A DNA stretch of 64,000 bases from assembly GCA_002633005.1 (NCBI GenBank), contig NMRA01000371.1, forward strand, positions 365,572 to 429,571, written 5' to 3'. The DNA is from Phoronis australis. Its lineage: Eukaryota; Animalia; Phoronida. Shown piece after piece: positions 13,301 to 24,900 of this stretch; position 1 is the first letter of the stretch, and each line of letters starts with the position of its first letter. Made by a program: the position numbers and the translations under genes. Under the pieces are notes generated by a model that made no database searches, was not told the DNA's origin, and saw only the letters and a list, made by a program, of their open reading frames with translations.

Positions 13301-13848
13301 AGCTAATTCTCCAAAAGTACATCTGCGTATACTGAGTTACAAACGGAAATTTAAATATTAAATAAATTTCTGTATTTCATTATGTTGTGAATTGATGTTT
13401 AAAGTTTGCCCAAAAAGATAATTACGATAAAAAGAATTCTCATTATATTTTCACAGTTGTGTCTAGGCCTATGCTTTGCTTTGTCCTGACTATGGGAAAT
13501 TGTTCAATGCATTGTTAAGAAATGAATGGCTAAAAACCCTTGTGCCACTTACTAATAATTCCTTGAAGCATTGCAATACACAGAGAATTAAGTTTTATTA
13601 TTTACATACAACACGAAAAGAAAAATGCACCCCACGTCTCTGGGACATTTAGCATGTTCCCATAAACAAATACCATAGAGAATATTTATGTTTAATTACA
13701 ACAGTTGATAGCCATTCTAATTTCCTCCAACTTGCAAACAATGCAAAACTTTTTCACGGCTAATTCCTGTCTTTCAGATGCCCCTGCTACTGTTGAACGT
13801 TTACACACCAATTGCATGGTTGATTCAACAAAGTTTCTGATCAAGTAA
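1271..13848 (+). CDS. Aldehyde oxidase / xanthine dehydrogenase-family molybdo-flavoenzyme, C-terminal Moco-binding part (5'-partial, 10 exons)
   Basis: Exons 1271-1380, 3582-3695, 4508-4669, 6474-6602, 8273-8406, 10270-10401, 11037-11160, 12106-12202, 12784-12891, 13778-13848 join in phase with GT-AG sites. Motifs [67 protein letters not shown] (catalytic Glu), APATVE; stop TAA at 13846-13848. Confidence 0.95.
1336..2503 (+). repeat. 61-bp tandem repeat copying the exon end plus splice donor (about 5 donor copies), interrupted by an insertion
   Basis: Unit gatccatcagaaataaagaaactgaatttgtacaaacaaggccag|gtaatgaccacttcat at 1336-1487 and 2349-2503. Confidence 0.9.
1488..2348. mobile_element. 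TIR-type insertion with TA target duplication (contains an assembly gap)
   Basis: Left end catgtcgtgaacacatccactaaa; right end reverse-complement catgctatgaacattcccactaaa; TA on both sides; removal restores the repeat unit gaatttatacaaac. Confidence 0.65.
3582..3695 (+). CDS. AOX/XDH-like exon: [11 protein letters not shown]...[14 protein letters not shown]
   Basis: tttcag acceptor, AAG|gtgagt donor, phase 0-0. Confidence 0.9.
4508..4669 (+). CDS. AOX/XDH-like exon: ANRWKKK...[13 protein letters not shown]
   Basis: Moco-binding HGGxExGQG motif; ttgcag acceptor, AAG|gtagct donor. Confidence 0.93.
4716..5912. mobile_element. Non-autonomous DNA transposon with terminal and subterminal inverted repeats
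   Basis: ttttgctgcaatag...ttgcgagttt...actgtgacgtcacgggaagtggggcaaaa is mirrored by ttttgcccctttccagtgacgtcacagt...aaactcgcaa...ctattccagcaaaa. Confidence 0.65.
5945..6205. mobile_element. Small MITE-like inverted-repeat element
   Basis: gctctcttcttgaggatggtggaat vs attccaccatccttcaagaagggagtagc. Confidence 0.5.
6474..6602 (+). CDS. AOX/XDH-like exon: [12 protein letters not shown]...[13 protein letters not shown]
   Basis: tttcag acceptor, gtaagt donor; TGGSxTSE motif. Confidence 0.92.
8273..8406 (+). CDS. AOX/XDH-like exon: [17 protein letters not shown]...GVDLAYRF
   Basis: tgtcag acceptor, gtaagt donor; ends in phase 2, matching the next exon. Confidence 0.9.
9088..9160 (+). mobile_element. 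tRNA-derived SINE head (degenerate)
   Basis: A-box-like tggttcagtgg and B-box-like ggtttgaatcc at tRNA spacing. Confidence 0.45.
10270..10401 (+). CDS. AOX/XDH-like exon: ...[33 protein letters not shown]
   Basis: tttcag acceptor, AG|gtgggt donor; EVExDxLTG motif. Confidence 0.93.
10391..10458 (+). repeat. 17-bp tandem repeat (about 4 copies) spanning a splice donor
   Basis: gtgggcactag|gtgggt repeated. Confidence 0.9.
11037..11160 (+). CDS. AOX/XDH-like exon: [20 protein letters not shown]...LTAGTW
   Basis: tctcag acceptor, gtaagt donor; SxNPxxDxGQIEG motif. Confidence 0.95.
12106..12202 (+). CDS. AOX/XDH-like exon: [32 protein letters not shown]
   Basis: cctcag acceptor, G|gtaatt donor; YKPP..DIP motif. 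Confidence 0.95.
12784..12891 (+). CDS. AOX/XDH-like exon with catalytic Glu: [16 protein letters not shown]...YFPM
   Basis: tttcag acceptor, gtgagt donor; GEPP motif. Confidence 0.95.
13778..13848 (+). CDS. AOX/XDH-like last coding exon: [23 protein letters not shown]
   Basis: tttcag acceptor, PAT motif, TAA stop. Confidence 0.92.
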
Positions 13849-15909
13849 TGGACTGTAGGTTGAACTTATGACACTAAGTCACAGAGACCTCAAAAGTTTC
13901 CCTGCAATGCGATCGGGTCCACCTCACTCTAGCTACGTATATTATTTTCGCATTTATCTCGTTTGAATAATTTGTTTGTATCTCGTTATTCTTTTTCGAC
14001 AAATGTCTTTAAAAATTACTAATAGCGTTGGTGGCACTAAGGCGCAGGTGAGCTACCAATACAACAGGTTATTTAAGTGTTTTTTCCACTTAGTCATATC
14101 GTTGGTTTGCTTGGTAAGTTTGCACTCAACTTAGCTATTTGTGGCAGTATGAACCACCATTTCTTCATACCTTTACTGATACTGTCACATGAGTGTGTGA
14201 CCTTATGGTGTATTGTGATGCTAGACATGTTGCTCGTCATGCTTATTGTTAAGTGTTCTCTAGGCTGTGATCATATTAATTATTAATAATTTGTCAGTCT
14301 TGCTTATCATACCTGCCATGTTGAAAAGCACCAATAATTAATAGAATTAAATGTTTCGATATAATGTTAATAATGGCATTGCTAAATTGTATTTTTGATA
14401 ATATTGACAAGTCACTACGCAGATGAATGCTTTCAATGTCCAATTGCCTGTTAGCATGGTTCAAATAGACTTACTTGATTACTTTGGTTGTTAGATTCGG
14501 AATTTGGGCAAAGTCTAATTTCTTTAAGTGGTATTAGTCTGTTCAGTTGGATTTTTTGCTGGCTTAAGGCTTTGTGGGACCATAGACAAAACGTCCAAAT
14601 TTATTTAATTTGGTATCGTCATATCTCAGAAATGGATTAATATGAGATTTTTACAAAATGTACTTTGTGAAGTAATCCAAAACTTTGTTAGGAATGTTTT
14701 TAAAACTTTTGGCTTTTGGAGGAGGGGCTGTAAATGATAAGACTTTTATGGCTGCAATTAAAATTGCATGAGGTCTCAATTCATTTTTCTCAGATCAGTA
14801 GTTGTATCTGATATGGCCAACAGGTGGCGTGCAGACCAGATTAAAAACTGTGAATTCTGGTTCAGGAAAAAGGTTCATTTTTGCTCAATAACAGGATCAG
14901 TAAGTTGGTTTATCATGGCGGGTCACTTCACGTGTCGAACATGGTTTCAAGCAACAACAAACTGTCAGTTCTGTGACATCACTTATCATCTGAAAAACAA
15001 ACCAAGAGTTTTATTGCACTACAGACTATATAGTACATAGACCGCCAACTCCGTATATTTTCAATGGAGGAAATCTGTGATCTTCCGCATAATCCATGAC
15101 ATCACTACTCCCTAACGACATCTGGCAGACATAGCACATTTTACTTCCAGCTAGTACATCGTCTGCTAATCACGGTTGGTTGCTGTGTGGTCGGGTAGTA
15201 GCATTGGTAAAAGTACTCAAGATACCAACACTTCCACTGTTGGGAGACTTGGAACAACGTTTCAATCTTGAATGTTTATTTCGTTGTACTGGACAGTAAA
15301 ATAGATGCAAGAATTTCCGGTCACAATGTACTAACCGGAAGCTGAGTTTGCTATGTTTAGAGGGTGGTGCCTCCTGTAAGGTATTACGCAGCCAAGAAAA
15401 TTTCGGAGTTGCAAAATCTGTTGCATTAAAAGGTCTAAATGGAACATTCATTGCAGCTTTGAACTCAGTTTCTTCTATTGTTTATGAACTTCTTGATGTG
15501 AACATTAGATTGCGTTACTGTTAATTGAACTTTTGTGATGAAAATCGGAAATTTAAGAATAAACAAAAAGAACTACTAATAAAAATGTCTGTTCAGACTT
15601 TATTTGGCATTTGACAATCCAGATCTTATACAACAACCACATCTCTCAATACATGTATGTTGCACAATGAAAAATGTCACCATCTTGTATTCAGAAGTTT
15701 CTTCAAAATAATGTTAAACGATAGATTACATAACTTGTCAAGGTGGTATAAACAATTATACATAAATTTCTGCCAAGTACATAACATTCAGATTGGGAGG
15801 ATGCAGCTGCACATTTTGACCAATCAAATGCTTGGATAACAAAAACAACACCAATACAGTGACAAACAAGAAATAAACAGTTCTGCCATCAACACCCATC
15901 AGCTCAGCG

Positions 15910-15925
15910 TTACTTGATGAGAAAG
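15910..15925 (-). CDS. TUSC3: TUSC3-like last coding exon: (S)FLIK*
   Basis: Polypyrimidine tract plus ttcag acceptor, correct phase; TUSC3-type FLIK end. Confidence 0.88.
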
Positions 15926-18900
15926 CTGAAAGAAAAGAAGATATTGATATATATGTTAATCTTAAACTGGCGTGGAAATATAGATCACTAACACTTCAAG
16001 TCTGGTGTGCACGCCACCTGTTGGCAACACCGTGCAATGTGGCCAACAGGTGGCGAGCTGACCAGACTTAAAAATGTTTGTGAAAAGAATAATATGACAA
16101 ATTTTTATTACTCTTGACTCATCCTCTTCAACATGTGAAAAATTTAATAGATTTGCACAGGATTTTGTTTGCTATGGGTAATAAGTTGTCAGGTGTACCA
16201 GAATATCCAGTGAAAAACATGATGTCAGATTAATGTTTCTCTGTGCCCCTAAGCAATAGAGTCTGGGGTCCTAGTACATTATGATTCTACAAGGGAATTC
16301 CTTAAATGCACAGCAGTGTTGTCGGCTGATGATTTTCATAGATACTCACTCAAATGGCGAGAATGTACAAAAAACAGCAACCTACAACACTGTCTGCATT
16401 TAATGAATTAGTTTTAAAGAAGAACTGCGACACATAAAGAGCGACTGCTCAAAGTTGATTAAATTCTTAATTTTTAGTTTTGGCCAAAAGATGAGAAAGA
16501 CCCCCTCAACTTAAAGTACAACTCGTTGGCTAATTCTTTATCGCTGTGATTGCTTGGCCAAATTAGTTAGAAACACAAGATATCGCGACGATGTGATTAT
16601 GAAGTAGATTGAAAATTGCCAAATGTTTTTAAGAACGAGTCTTGTGGTGAAAATGATCCTCTGCAAATCACTGGACCGTGTCCAGTAAGTATTTGGGACG
16701 TGGTGCTAAGGAATAACACTGCATGATGCAGGCTATGTGAGCCAGCGAGGTACATCATTAGTGCAAAGGTTCCCTATTTGCAGAATGTTTTGTTTGCACA
16801 TTTACAACTTTTCAATGAATACAACTGCACTTTTTTAGCGTAGATGATGTTCAAATAACGTTGTTTAGTTTCTGCTGAACATTAGCATAGAGCATGCAAA
16901 TACATCTTTAAATTCCTCTATATCGGCCAATAATGTCATTCAACAAATGAACAACAACAATTTCACTGTGAATAACTTCCTACCTCTTTTAGCCTCACCC
17001 AGCTATGTTAAATAAGTTTACCTGTAAGGGTATCCCTGATATTTGGCCCTAAACACGGACAACAGCATGCTAAAGAACAGCGCCACCACACCTACGCCTA
17101 CTAGTGCAACAACTGTAAATAAAGAAAATAATATTCAACTATCAGCAAATCATTCAGTTGCAAATACACTGACAGACAAGTATTCTTGATTAGTAACTGC
17201 TTATCGGGTTCTCAGTACAATAATGCAATGCGGTACACTAGACTGGCCAATTGCTACTTTTTACAAACTTGAATTCATGATAGTCATGACATACAGCGTG
17301 CTGTACACTGTTCTGTTACTTCTCCCCTCATCATCTATGTATTAAAGCCTATCTTCAACGGTAATTCATGTAAATTTGATTCCTACAGTATATTAAGAGC
17401 ATCGCTCTGAGCCTACTAGTGCCATAAATTGCCAAATTTAACGAACTGCTAGGCGTATTGGCTCGCTTTTGTCTACGTCACCGCGAGAATCACCTTTTAA
17501 TTCAAACAGCTGCGAATAACACCCACACGCAATGGTGTTCTATTCAGACCCCTATTCAATGTTTTGTCGTTAGTGCTGGGATCTCGCGATGACGCAACAT
17601 GGCACTAACAGGCAGCTTCACTTATCATTTGACGAGCTTACACTTGCGTGATTGAACTCACGTTTTCTTATTTTACTAAGGCTGTGCTAGAACTATCTGG
17701 TAAGCCCAATACATCTAAAATAATAAAATTCCGATGAAGTTAGGTTTTAATAACTATTCACTCACATCCAACATGTTTGTGACTTTTCCACAACTCTTTT
17801 TTCCAATCAAAAGTATTGTTTCATTTCAGAAGGAGATATGTCCAGTCATGAAATACATCATTAATTTTCTACGTTGTTTTAGTGATGTATAGGTAGTTTC
17901 CTTATTGTACGGTTACACTGGCAAATCAACAAGATTCCCATCAGTTTGAATGGATTTGTGTGATGGAGAAAAACATTCATTTCTCCCTCCATGATACAGA
18001 TATTTAATTCAACAGTTGTATATGGCCAGGGGTGCACGACATGAGTTACTTACTTTTCTTTTTCCCTGCATCTCCCTTTATGTTGTTGGCTTCATTCAGC
18101 ATGATCATGCCAATAACAACAGCAGCATCTGGTAATAATTGTTAAGGAGGCGTGGCAAACTCATTGATTGACTGGTACAGTCATGCACCAAGTGGTGAGT
18201 TAGTAACGTTTAAAGGACACTAAGCCCAGTTTGAGCTTACTTAACATATACAGTCATTTCTCTAACTTTGCAGTTCGTACATGGCTCTAACACAGTGTTT
18301 CTCCATTAGTGCGTACAGTAGGTGTCCCAGGGAAAAAATAGTGAATGCACTAATGGACAAATGACCGTATTTATGTCACTTATCAGTAGAATTGTTGATG
18401 TAAAAGAACTCCATGCAACCTTTGCAACTATGAACAGTTTAAAAACCCCTTACAAAGTCTTCAATGCATGACTTACGAAGATGAACACTTTGAGACCAAT
18501 AACAGTAAGTAGTCTAAAACAGAATTTATTTCTGTGATGGGAGGTGGTTCTATGACCGACTTAAATCACCAAAACGAACGCTCGACATCTTTGAGGAAAA
18601 AAATTGGTGAATGCTCACAGAGGGAACACTTGTCAAAAGGATACTCAAAAAGATGACTATGTACGTTTCCATGATGAACTGTCCTTGGCTGCTGCCATGA
18701 ATGTAATGCTGTGGAATGACAGATAATGATAAATTGCAATTTAAACACAAGTGCTTTTTGTAATTATAAGTCACCAGTTTAAGGGACACCATACACTACA
18801 TAAGGTCTTAAGTTAAAGGTGAGCCAGGGACCTAAACCAAGGCTCTTGCATTGTGATTCGGGGTTAAGATTTGTAGGAGAAGGAAAATAGTAAAACACTT

Positions 18901-21900
18901 GAGTCCAAAAGTTTCATGAAATCTAAAAATCGATAAACAAAATATGTTGTAATTTATAGTCACGGACAGCCAACTAGTCTACTTTGTAAGACGTCAACTG
19001 ATATGAAACAATGGATAAGTAAAACAGAGTTTGAGACATTGAAATCATGATTAGGACATATACAAGACAAAGGCTGACACATGTAAAAAAGCTTTTAGTG
19101 AAACATTCTTGGGTAAAACATTTTAAAAAATCAAAACGCCAAGACCACCATACTTTACTCGAGATCCAACTTCAGACAATGAACAATAATATGCAACATG
19201 CTTTCGGTAAACGTTAAAACTGTAATAATTTTCCGGTTTCAAGTGAAACTCCTGTGACATTCACGTATGCATATAGGCCAGTGACCTTTGTGCTACTGAA
19301 TAAATACTCCGTAATTAACGGTCTATGACAATACTGTGTGTATGTTTATTGCCGCAAACTCACCACTTGTCCTGTCTGTGGGTTCTTGTGCATGAACGGC
19401 GGACCACGGATGTGGTTCCACATCTGGCCAGAAGTCATTGCAAAGATGACTGCCTGAAGACGAGACATAAGAATGTACAAAGCCTTCACTGTAATTGGAA
19501 TCTAGCGATGCATGTTTGAACACATCTGGATAACAATTGCCTCACCAATTAACATTACATAACTTATCCTTTGCCTTTGTATCAAATCTGAATTTCTAAA
19601 CCATATTTATAGCAAGTCAGAACATATCCATGACAGCAAGTAGCAGCATATTTTCATAAAAACAACAATGTATTTAAATTGCCTGGACATGTTTCGGCGT
19701 TTACTAAAACACCACAATGTATGCTTCACTTATACATAACTTCCACTTTGAAGCCAAGCACTCACCAAAGCAGCAATGCCCCAGGAAGTCTTGTTGTAGA
19801 GGAACTCTAGGTTGTTTCTCTTCACATAGAGCAGCCCTCCAACCAGAGAGAGTAAGAGAGCCAGGGCCAGTGTGTTGGAGTAGTTGGGTGGGCGGAATAC
19901 ACGAATCTGTAACAACGTACATACATTGCCTTAAAGCAAACTAAACATCATGGTTCAAATTCTTAAGTGTTTTTGCTGCAAATGCACAATTTTATTATGA
20001 ATGTTCACTGTACCATATGCTCTGTACAAAATTGTAAAGCTATTTTGTCTAATGCCCTCAGGTCTTGCTACCACCGTTACCACAGGCACTTTTTTCTGTT
20101 GATGCCTGCCCCAGTACAATACTTCATGGTGCCACATTTTACAGTCAGTATGGAGTCTGAGCCAAGGTTTTGTTCATCAAATTTAACTTAGTTGTTGAAT
20201 GACGTATGTACCCTAAGTGTATACGGTGACTCAAGGATCATTACTATAAAGACTACCAGTCCACTAGTGCATCGTGGTAAAATGAGTGAAAGCATCAACT
20301 GACTGCAACAGAGCATAAACACTGCTAAAAAAACAATATGTTTTCATACAAGCCGTGAAAACATTGAAAATACTGCACAAGACTCAGTGGGACCTTGTAA
20401 GACACTAATCTTTAGTCACAGAAGTGACCGGAAGTCAGGATACCTTGTTCCTGAAACTTCTGGCGACACGATGGATGTGGAATTTACCTGACAGCTTCGT
20501 TGTTAATATCTGACCAATCATTTCAATCAGAACTAAGGCAGCGTTCCTGTCTAATATCCAAAGAGAACTTACATGAATGTCTGTCCTTTCAGCAATGAAC
20601 CTTCCAATCTGTTCGGCAGCAAAACCAATTCTAGAATTTAAAAAGCAAAAGTTCACGTCATGTTCTCATTAACTAGAACCAGAATTACCTTTAACTCACC
20701 AATTCTCTGGTCAATCAAGTAGAATAATAGCAGGTCCACATACATAACAGTACAAACCAAAACTATTGAGACAAAGTGACCCAGAAATCCCTTGTCATGA
20801 TGGGTAGGCGGACGCCGCATTCATCGTGAGAGTAGCCTTCCCTCGTGACTCAGAATGGAGATGAATTAACAGGGCAGTAAGGTGGAGAAGCTATCAGCCA
20901 TATTGTAATTAGAATTTTGCAGCCCTAATGGTTATTACCAGTGTTCTTTTTGGTATTAACAGAATTAGCCATCATGAGAAGGGAAAAATATTTTGTTTGA
21001 TTCCTCGTGTCTTGTACGGCATCTGCCTTCTCATTAAGTCACACATCTCAATGCTGTATAAGAAAGGCTGTATATTAAATCAGTTACTGCGAAGTGATTT
21101 CACAAGCTGCAACTCCATGTACATCTAACAATACAAAGATCAATGCTATGACAATGATTTCAACCGTTTTAGTTCAACCATCAGCAGTCATGACTTCACC
21201 TGTGAATGTCCATCGTGTCCGCCTTCTTGGGTTTGCCCTTTGGTGGGTAATGTATGAACACAGGGGCAGAGTTCATTCCCAACTGAAATCAACAGGCAAA
21301 GCGTATTCTAGTAACTCTCTTTGTACAAGACAGAACACCATTATGGGGCCTGATAGTGCACCTCCTTTCAGTTAACTGTTGCAAAAGGACACTAAGTGTG
21401 ACATGTTGGTGAATACAGACAAATACATACCAGCCTATAATGCAATCTATATCTTGACAGATGGAAAAATTAATTCCAGTAAACAGACCAACACTTACAA
21501 GGTACTGAGTCCATTTGATTCTAAAGATCAAGCAAAAATAATTAAATATCATTCATTTCATTTCAACCACAATTACTTTTAGACATGTGTTGCATTAAAT
21601 ATCTGATAATGAATTGCCATGCTGTGAATATCTTACTATCAATATTACACCATAGCTTAACGAGCCTGACCACACAGTCATAGCCTCTTTGTATTAGCCA
21701 TATTCAATATCATGGCTCACTACTCTCAATAAAATGTCTTTAGCCGTCCTGATTTGAAAATCCAATCACACCTTGAATACTGAAAACATTAGGCATGCTG
21801 TTTTGTCTTACTTAAATCTCATATTGCCTTCTTAAAAACGCTTTGAGGATGTGATGTAGTAATATATCTCTTGGTCTATTTACATTGGCATGATGTTTCA

Positions 21901-24900
21901 GTTATATTTCCGGCCATCTTCAAGCATTAAAACTTTCACAGAAGAACGAGCCCTGGTGTCTGGAACACACATGGTTGGCACGTTGGGTATGGCGAGGCTT
22001 GAACATGGGATCTCTCGGTCACTTCAATGAGCCATCCATGCCAGGGAAATTTTATACATTTTTATCTTCCTTATAGTCTAAGAAGGGGAAGCCAGGTTTT
22101 GATTAGCTGCTTGCTAACCTGACAGAAGGCATTTGCATAACGCCCTTGATCTTTTTTAGTCCAGCCTGCTAGTCTCCACTTCCATAGTGAAAAAGCATGC
22201 CAATGTAAATAAGCTAGAAGGTGGCTTACACAGACCAAGAGAGTTCAGTCACCATGATACCTCATTTTTAAGAAAACTTGCAAGCTCAGTAGGCGCATTG
22301 TTTACGATATAAATTATAAAGCAACATATCTAATCACAAAGTTCACTGTATACAGGTGAGGGGATTCAACATATTACATGTGCATTGCAATCAATCCGGC
22401 TTAAATATGCCAATAAACCTGATGTTACCGAGTAAGGTTACCAAGCAATGACGCAAGCTTGAAATGAAACATTCAGTGCATAATGCTACGTACTGCTTGA
22501 AAGACATCAGGACCTTCATCGTAGTCGACCATTGCAAAAAACAGTCTGTTATTGTACTGCTGCGAGTAGCGCCATGAGTTGGCCACAATTGTAAACTCAT
22601 CACTGGCTTGCCTGAAAACCACAGAATGTAAGAAGAACATGACTACAGCATTTGCAACAGTATGACAGTGTAACAATAACTGTGATTTGGCCTATTCTTG
22701 AGATACATTTGAAACTCTTGCACAGGCAAAATCGTGCGTCATCAATCATGGTGGCATATGGGTAATATGTAAATCTCAAACCATCGTGGAAATACAGATC
22801 ACATTCATTTTTAAGTTTGGTCAGCACACCACCCACATCACGTGACCTAATGAATTCGAGTCCCGCTCTGGGGCAAAAATTTTATCAGACATATATTCAT
22901 TACGTCATGTGATGTGACCAACAGGTGGCGTGCTGACCAAACTTAGAAATGTTAAACTTTGTAATCACGGCCCACTTGTTAATCTCTATCAGTGTCACTA
23001 TTAACCATTATTGTTGTTATATTTCACAATTTGAAATGCTTCAACAAAACAGCAACCATCTTTTCTGTACTTTGAATCACATGACATTTGATGCTGGTAC
23101 ACATTACTTTTATTAATCATATCAAGTGACTAACTGTGATTACCTGCACACGGTACACTGGCGCTGGGCCTGCAATGCTGTCAACATGACTACCACAGAG
23201 TAGTTCCTAGGAGGGTTCTTAATGTACTGACGGAACTTGTCACCGTTCATGCGGATGACTGACTTTCGATAACTCCACTCCCCCAGCTGGTGAATCTTGT
23301 CTCCAAGCACTTCCTAAAACAAAAACCGGGTTGCTTGCTAAAGCCATGATCAGCATTATACCTTTAAATAGAGGGAGACCAATTATAATGTAAGAATTAG
23401 AACTGACAGTGTTCCCCTGCAACCATGAATGCTTGGCTCTATTGGAGCCACATTTTCCCCCACAACTGAAAACCCAAACATATCATAGGAACACAAATGC
23501 CAATGAATGTGTCAGAATTGAGCTGCAGTTAATGCTCGTTGTAACGCACATTAAGGTTTTCTTGTCTTGTACTTATTCAGTTTCGACACACTGCCCAGTT
23601 GTTGGTGACACCCTTTGATGCTATGCTATGATAACGGGAAGTCGTCACGTTACATTGTAGAATTTAGGTCACATAAATTCCAGCTCATGAAATAAATTGC
23701 GGTCAAAAAAAAGGCTGGCGAATCCAATGTTTTCACCTGCATTTGATTTAGCGACTCTAAGTTAACTGGTTCTGACCGTTTTTTTTAGAAACAATGAGGT
23801 TCACATGAGCTGGCGCTACTTTGTTGGTTACAGAGGGAGATGCAAACACTCAGTTTGCGTAATTGGAACTCCCAATGCCAGTTGGCCAAAGTCTTGGCTC
23901 GCATTACCAAATTTTAGCAAATGCAACCTGCAGCTTGCTATGTCGAGCCCTAGCTAAGCCTTGATAACGCTATTCTCTACAATGGAAATTCCTTATTCGA
24001 ATAAAATTTTCATTTGATATACATAACGTGGGAGATCTGAGAAATACACCTTAAAAGATATTGAGCACTTTGTTCTTTAAGTGGAACTTGCACACTACTT
24101 CCTTATCTATGTGATTGCTTGGTTATATTAGTTGGAAATACAACATGTGAATATGAAGTAGGTTGAAAATCGCCAAATGTTTTTAAGAATGAGTTTTGTA
24201 TCAAAAGTGATCCGCCATAAATCACTTAACAGTGTCTAGTAAGTATCGTGTCGTGATACTGAGGAATAACACTGCATGATGTGGGCTATCTGAGCCCACC
24301 AGGTACGACATTAGTGCAAAAGTCACCTACTAGCAATTTTTTTTTGTTTTCACATTTTACAATTTGTCAATGAACACAACAGTACTGCACTTTGTTTAAC
24401 GTAGATGATGTTCACATAGCTTGGTCATTTAGTTCCTGCTTTACATTAGAACAGTTAGGAGCGTGTGAGTACATCTTTAAGGAGGAATTCATTTATGTTT
24501 TCAAATGAGCACGCTAAACTGGTGTTAGTAAGGACTTGCTTTTCAGTTACATTTGTGAATAGAACAGTCCTATTTCAGTCACTAGTTAAAATATTATTGT
24601 GCACTTGAGTTTTGGCTTTTTACTAATCTGACATTAATTGGGTCGTGTGACGGTGTCTTTTTTGGTAAAATTCAGCGAAAAAGAAAGGCCCATAATGTTA
24701 TCAATTACATTCTTTAATTTTATTTGATATAAATGTTCAAAGTGAGATCTCAAAAATGCAGTTACAAATTTCTAAATATGATTTCATTTTTGATATAGTC
24801 AGATCAATGACCTAAATGCTGATGCAAGTCATTCCTCAGACATATTGCTTCCAAATTGTGGTGACCTAATTTATCAAAATTGTCAAAAATCGGAGTTATT

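Noticed and set aside
13834-15924. Both convergent genes end in FLIK* with nearly identical codons (tttctgatcaagtaa vs tttctcatcaagtaa)
   Set aside because: The match covers only 15 nt with no flanking similarity, and the FLIK end is a conserved TUSC3 feature; treated as coincidence
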